NCBI GenBank assembly: GCA_026418615.1
Contig: JAOAAY010000014.1
Coordinates: 591 to 64,590, forward strand
Reading direction: 5' to 3'
DNA: 64,000 nt
Source: Candidatus Sumerlaeaceae bacterium
GTDB taxonomy: Bacteria > Sumerlaeota > Sumerlaeia > Sumerlaeales > Sumerlaeaceae
This document shows positions 59,608-64,000 of the stretch, one piece after another (position 1 is the first letter of the stretch; each line of letters opens with the position of its first letter). A program made the translations under genes and the position numbers. Under the pieces are notes generated by a model. It did not search any database and was not told the origin of the DNA. It was given only the letters and a program-made list of their open reading frames with translations.

Positions 59608-60120
59608 ATGTCGCAATTGACACAGCCGGCTCCGGCGCCGGCGGACAAGCCGGAAGAGGAAATCTGGCGAGGCAGGCCTTCGCTCCGTCTGCCGGGGCTG
59701 CACTTGGGGTTGGCGGTTTTGGTGGTCGTTGCGGTGGACGCCGTTATCTGGCTGGTCGCCGGGTCGGCAGGGCTGTTGCCGCGTATGATACTCTATGCAG
59801 TGCTCCTGTCAGGGGTTGCTGTGCGTGGGCTTATTGCCCAGTGGTCTGAGTCCTATCGGTTATCTAACAAATATTTGTATGTCGAGCGGGGCATCCTGAA
59901 TCGGGTTACAGATCAGGTGGACATGCGCCGTTTCCGCGACCTGCGCGTCCGCAAGATGCTGATTCCTCGAATTGTCGGATGTGGCGATGTGGTCGTGATT
60001 TCGACGGATGTGACGCACAGCGAGCAGGCGCTGCGTGATGTGACCAATCCCGACCATGTCGCGTCCATGATCCGGCAAGTGGCCGAGTCGCGCCGCACTT
60101 CCATCGTGGATGTCGAGTGA
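59608..60120 (+). CDS. bPH_2 (DUF304) domain membrane protein
   Basis: IWRGRPS, two TMs, YRLSN..ERGIL..R..GCGDVVVISTD. Confidence 0.8.
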   Translation: MSQLTQPAPAPADKPEEEIWRGRPSLRLPGLHLGLAVLVVVAVDAVIWLVAGSAGLLPRMILYAVLLSGVAVRGLIAQWSESYRLSNKYLYVERGILNRVTDQVDMRRFRDLRVRKMLIPRIVGCGDVVVISTDVTHSEQALRDVTNPDHVASMIRQVAESRRTSIVDVE

Positions 60121-61184
60121 AAATACAGGCCGCGGAGCGGAGAGGGAACCCTGAGGTGACCGGAAAAAGACATGTCATTACGCTGATTCCCGGTGACGGG
60201 ATTGGGCCGGAAGTCGTGGGCGCTACGGTTCGCGTGGTGGAGGCTCTGGGGCTGGACATTGTCTGGGAGGAGGTCGAGGCCGGCGGCGATGTGGCCGTCA
60301 AGTATGGTTCCCCTGTGCCAGAGCATGTTTTCGCATCGGTGCGTAAGAACGGCGTGGCGTTGAAAGGCCCGATCACAACGCCTGTGGGGGCAGGCTTCCC
60401 GAGCGCCAATGTCACCATCCGCAAGAAACTTGGCCTCTACGCCAATGTACGGCCCGCGCGCAGCCTGCCGGCGATCAAGACACGGTTCGAAGGCGTGGAC
60501 CTTGTGGTTGTGCGTGAGAATACAGAAGACCTTTATTCCGGTCTGGAACATATTGTGGTGCCCGGGGTGGTGGAGAGCCTCAAGATCATCACCGAGGAGG
60601 CATCGTTGCGCGTGGGGCGCTTTGCGTTCGACTACGCCCGCCGCAACGGCCGGAAACTCGTGACCGCCGTCCACAAAGCCAACATCATGAAACTCTCTGA
60701 CGGACTGTTTCTCGAGTGCACCCGCCGGGCGTCCAAGGAGTATCCGGAGATCGAGTACCGCGAGATCATCGTGGACAATTTGTGCATGCAACTGGTGACG
60801 AATCCCTGCCAGTTCGATGTGCTGCTTTTGGAGAATCTCTACGGCGACATCATCAGCGATTTGTGCGCCGGGCTGGTAGGCGGGCTAGGTGTGGTGCCGG
60901 CGGCAAACATCGGTCCGGACCTTGCCGTGTTCGAAGCGGTGCATGGCAGTGCGCCCGACATTGCTGGACGCGGGATCGCGAACCCGACCGCCGTCATGTT
61001 TTCCGCTGTCATGATGCTCCGTTATCTCGGCGAGACGGACGCCGCCGCCCGCATGGAGGCGGCCATCATTGGTGTGTTGGACGAAGGCAAAACGGTGACC
61101 CGCGACCTCGGCGGAACGGCGAGCACCAAGGAGTACGCCGACGCGGTGATCGCCCGCCTGAAGGATAGTCCGGGTTGTCACTAA
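60117..61184 (+). CDS. NAD-dependent isocitrate dehydrogenase (IDH/IPMDH family)
   Basis: IPGDGIGPEV, LKGPITTP, RENTEDLY, HKANIMK, NLYGDI, EAVHGSAPDIAG; start may be 60156. Confidence 0.9.
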   Translation: MKIQAAERRGNPEVTGKRHVITLIPGDGIGPEVVGATVRVVEALGLDIVWEEVEAGGDVAVKYGSPVPEHVFASVRKNGVALKGPITTPVGAGFPSANVTIRKKLGLYANVRPARSLPAIKTRFEGVDLVVVRENTEDLYSGLEHIVVPGVVESLKIITEEASLRVGRFAFDYARRNGRKLVTAVHKANIMKLSDGLFLECTRRASKEYPEIEYREIIVDNLCMQLVTNPCQFDVLLLENLYGDIISDLCAGLVGGLGVVPAANIGPDLAVFEAVHGSAPDIAGRGIANPTAVMFSAVMMLRYLGETDAAARMEAAIIGVLDEGKTVTRDLGGTASTKEYADAVIARLKDSPGCH

Positions 61185-61342
61185 CCGCTGCGTCCGTCCG
61201 CCCTCGTGCAACTGGGTGGTACGCTCTCGTACGACGGGTCGGCGCACGCTGTCACAATGAGACTGATCCTAATGATTTTACCCGCGGGCGTTTGGATGGC
61301 ACCGTTCTTGGTATCGCATCGAGGTATCATGCGTCGTAGAGG

Positions 61343-62644
61343 ATGCCTATGATGAGAGCGTGCTGGCGTCTGACGGTGTGCTTGGGGTTAGCGATCACAG
61401 TGTTGAGTGCGCTGCCGCTGGCTGCCCTGCCAGCAGGGGGCGCTGCTCAGCGCCAACCGGGCCGAAATGTGCGCCAATCGCGTGATTCAGGGAGCCGCCA
61501 GCGCGTTTTCGAAGAGCGCATGAGACGGCGCGCTGAGGCCGAAAAACGCGTCCAATCCGCCGGAGCGAAGGCTCGCGATCCACGCCGGCAGACTCCGGCG
61601 AGACGACGCCAGTTTGTTAATATGCCGTCCATCGCATCAGACCCTCAAACGACGCGTTTGCCCGTGCAAAGTAACGACCCCGCCACCAGGACCTCAGAGT
61701 CTGTCACAAGCATGACCGCCACGGTTACCACGACGACCTTGCTTGAGCCCGTGTCAACTCCAACAGGGGGGCTGGCCGCCGGGCCTATTCTTGGGCTCGT
61801 CCAGAGTCTGCCTCCGCAGACCCGTCGCACGGCGGTCGAAAAGTTGCGCGCCATGTCTGCCGAAGAACGCTTTCGCATGAGGCGGGACATCGAGTCAGCA
61901 CCGGAGGGGGAGCGGGCGGCACTCTTGATGCGCGCTCTGGGAATCGGGGGTACGCTTGCCCCCGACTGGACGAGCACCGTGGCGCAGTTGATGACCAGTG
62001 CCCATCCTGAGATGGCGCAATATTTGGCTGCGCCGAGGGGGACACCCTATGTGGTACAGGCGGACCATGCCCGGCCGCAACAATACCGAGCCTCAGAGAG
62101 CGGGCCGCTTCCCGAGGCGGGGCGGCAGGCACCGCCGTTTCATCTGATAACGCTGGAGGGCAAACCCGTCACCGCGGAGACTTTCCGGGGCCGGCCTCTT
62201 GTGCTCGAGTTTGGATCACTCACTTGCCCGGTGTTCCGTGCAAACATCGCCGCGATGAATCTGCTGGCCGACGCCGTTGGTGATCGGGCTGCCTTTCTGC
62301 TGGTGTACACGCTGGAGGCTCACCCGCAGGGCAGCGTGAGCCCGTATTCGGATGGAGAGTGGGTTCCGGATAAGAATTTTCAAGAAGGGGTGCTGAGGCG
62401 TCAGCCGAGCGACGCATCTGCGCGGATGGCGCTTGCCCGTGAAGCGGTCGAAAAGTTCGGCGTGCGGCTGCCGGTGGCCGTGGACTCGATGGACAACAAA
62501 ACTTGGGCAGCCTTTGGTTCGCGTGCCAACAGCGCCTTCGTGTTGGACTCGGCCGGCGTGATTGTGGCCGCGCAGGAATGGACAGATCCCGATGGGTTGC
62601 GCGCCGTGCTGGACCGCCTCATTCCGGCTGCCGATCGGCCGTAA
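61343..62644 (+). CDS. Secreted protein with C-terminal iodothyronine-deiodinase-like thioredoxin domain
   Basis: PLVLEFGSLTCPVF, FLLVYTLEAHP, VDSMDN. Confidence 0.8.
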   Translation: MPMMRACWRLTVCLGLAITVLSALPLAALPAGGAAQRQPGRNVRQSRDSGSRQRVFEERMRRRAEAEKRVQSAGAKARDPRRQTPARRRQFVNMPSIASDPQTTRLPVQSNDPATRTSESVTSMTATVTTTTLLEPVSTPTGGLAAGPILGLVQSLPPQTRRTAVEKLRAMSAEERFRMRRDIESAPEGERAALLMRALGIGGTLAPDWTSTVAQLMTSAHPEMAQYLAAPRGTPYVVQADHARPQQYRASESGPLPEAGRQAPPFHLITLEGKPVTAETFRGRPLVLEFGSLTCPVFRANIAAMNLLADAVGDRAAFLLVYTLEAHPQGSVSPYSDGEWVPDKNFQEGVLRRQPSDASARMALAREAVEKFGVRLPVAVDSMDNKTWAAFGSRANSAFVLDSAGVIVAAQEWTDPDGLRAVLDRLIPAADRP

Positions 62645-62867
62645 AAGGTTAGTCTCCGGCACGGCCCTTCCGATTCCGATTGCGATGAATCTTCGCATGT
62701 TACCGCGTATTTACCCGCAGGATCGGTGAAAGCGAGTCAGGGCGCCCAACCCAGCCTGGTATGCGTGCTGTTATGCTAATGGCCTTCTGCCAGAGAGCAC
62801 CAGATTCCGGTTTCGGCTGTCGCCGAGGCGGTATGGCCGGAGATATCATATTAATAGGATTCCTGTC

Positions 62868-64000
62868 ATGACAAAGCCCCGTTTTTTTGCTGTGCTGGCT
62901 GCCGTGCTGGCGCTATTGATGGGTTCGCCCGTGCGGGCAGATAAACTGGACGACCTTGGCCTCGACCGCGATGGCAAACCGAAGGCTGTCGCGCCTGCCG
63001 CGGCCGACGGCTTGCGCGACCGACTGAATTTTTATTTCCGCGGCGCGGACGGCGGGATTGTGCGGATACAGAGGCCGAAATCGGCCGGGTTCGATGCTGC
63101 GGACAAGATGACGCGGATCACCGAACTGGCCCGCTGGGCTGTGGCTGGTCCGACAGCAGCCGAGCAGGCGCAGGGCCTGCGTCCCGTCTTCCCGGAAGGC
63201 ACCTCGCTTCAGGCCGTTCGCTCCGGGCGCGACGGAATTGTGGAGTTCCTCCTCGATGTGCCCGCACCGTTCGTCCTCAACCCCAACTGGGTGGAGAGCC
63301 ATCTCGACGCCATGGCGCGGGCGCTTTGGGGACCAATCCTCGACATGGATGTGCCCGGATTCCAGATCCTGATGCGCGATCCGGCGTCGGGCGAGTTCGT
63401 GCCAATCGAAAAGTTTCTCCCGCCTCTACAGGAGCCCGAGGCCCCCGTGCCGGATACGGCTGCGCCCGTAGTGCAGGAAAAGACAGGCACACAGCCTCCA
63501 GTCATGGAGCCGCAAAACAATTTTCCGGTTCCGGGCAGCAGTCGGCCCGTGGGCGCCCTGACGGGCAAGGCTGTGTACCTAAACCCCGGGCACGGCTGGG
63601 TCTATCGCGACACGGGATCGTGGGGGCTTCAGCGCGGGTTCACGCAAAACAACATCGAGGATTTCTCGAATGTAGACTGGGTCAATTCGTTTCTTGCCGC
63701 GTACGCCTATAATGCGGGTGCCGATGTGTTCAGCGTGCGCGAGATGGATTTCAACACGAACATGGTCATTGTTGATAATGACGATGGGAACAACGGCACC
63801 ACCGGCTATTTCGAAACCGGCAGCGGCTGGATCAACAGCAGCCTTGCCGGTTTCCGCAATGGATTTATCCCGTATCTGTCCGGGCAGGATCCATTTAGCA
63901 GCGGTACCAACCGGCTCAACTCGTGCGTTGTGGGCACACCGACGGCTTCGGCCTCGTGGGTGCCGTCCATGCCGGCTGAGGGATGGTACAATGTTTATGT
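62868..64000 (+). CDS. Secreted N-acetylmuramoyl-L-alanine amidase-like protein with golvesin-like domain (3' truncated; absent from the ORF track)
   Basis: Hand translation: MTKPRFFAVLAAVLALL.., GALTGKAVYLNPGHG, IED, NAGADVFSVRE, VIVDND, WVPSMPAEGWYNVY. Confidence 0.8.
   Translation, partial: MTKPRFFAVLAAVLALLMGSPVRADKLDDLGLDRDGKPKAVAPAAADGLRDRLNFYFRGADGGIVRIQRPKSAGFDAADKMTRITELARWAVAGPTAAEQAQGLRPVFPEGTSLQAVRSGRDGIVEFLLDVPAPFVLNPNWVESHLDAMARALWGPILDMDVPGFQILMRDPASGEFVPIEKFLPPLQEPEAPVPDTAAPVVQEKTGTQPPVMEPQNNFPVPGSSRPVGALTGKAVYLNPGHGWVYRDTGSWGLQRGFTQNNIEDFSNVDWVNSFLAAYAYNAGADVFSVREMDFNTNMVIVDNDDGNNGTTGYFETGSGWINSSLAGFRNGFIPYLSGQDPFSSGTNRLNSCVVGTPTASASWVPSMPAEGWYNVY

Noticed and set aside
62210-62235. 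Selenocysteine recoding in the deiodinase-like gene
   Set aside because: The active-site codon is TGC (Cys) and the ORF is uninterrupted.
62645-62867. Riboswitch (c-di-GMP or c-di-AMP) upstream of the amidase
   Set aside because: Consensus elements were not identifiable by eye; needs an Rfam scan.

Overview
GC-rich bacterial chromosome segment from a diderm, LPS-making organism. It holds about 56 CDS and one tRNA-Gln(TTG). I saw no rRNA, CRISPR array, transposase, integrase or prophage. The pilin-like gene ending YDPTNGTVSxG and a secreted protein ending AAVxxxWMLYD resemble my recollection of Candidatus Sumerlaeota (BRC1) proteins; this is inference, not verified. Housekeeping and envelope genes: heptose genes gmhB/rfaE2/GT9, rpmE, aroQ, ispG, gmd-fcl, fmt, nrdR, NAD-IDH, an aldehyde dehydrogenase, bshC and a tandem thyX. 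Two ABC clusters are present, one Gld-like and one PilGHI/Xap-like. Best candidates for follow-up: (1) a pilin-like gene plus a LamG-like secreted protein with a C-terminal tag, behind four LacI/cre-like operators; (2) a WYL regulator facing an unknown gene across a DriD-like palindrome and a PafBC-type promoter; (3) an MglA GTPase with no adjacent mglB, its arginine finger replaced and an extra C-terminal domain; (4) frequent Thr-Thr motifs in exported proteins, possibly a glycosylation sequon; (5) a stand-alone nuclease-SF1 helicase; (6) several apparent pseudo-enzymes. All calls come from reading motifs by eye; no searches were run.
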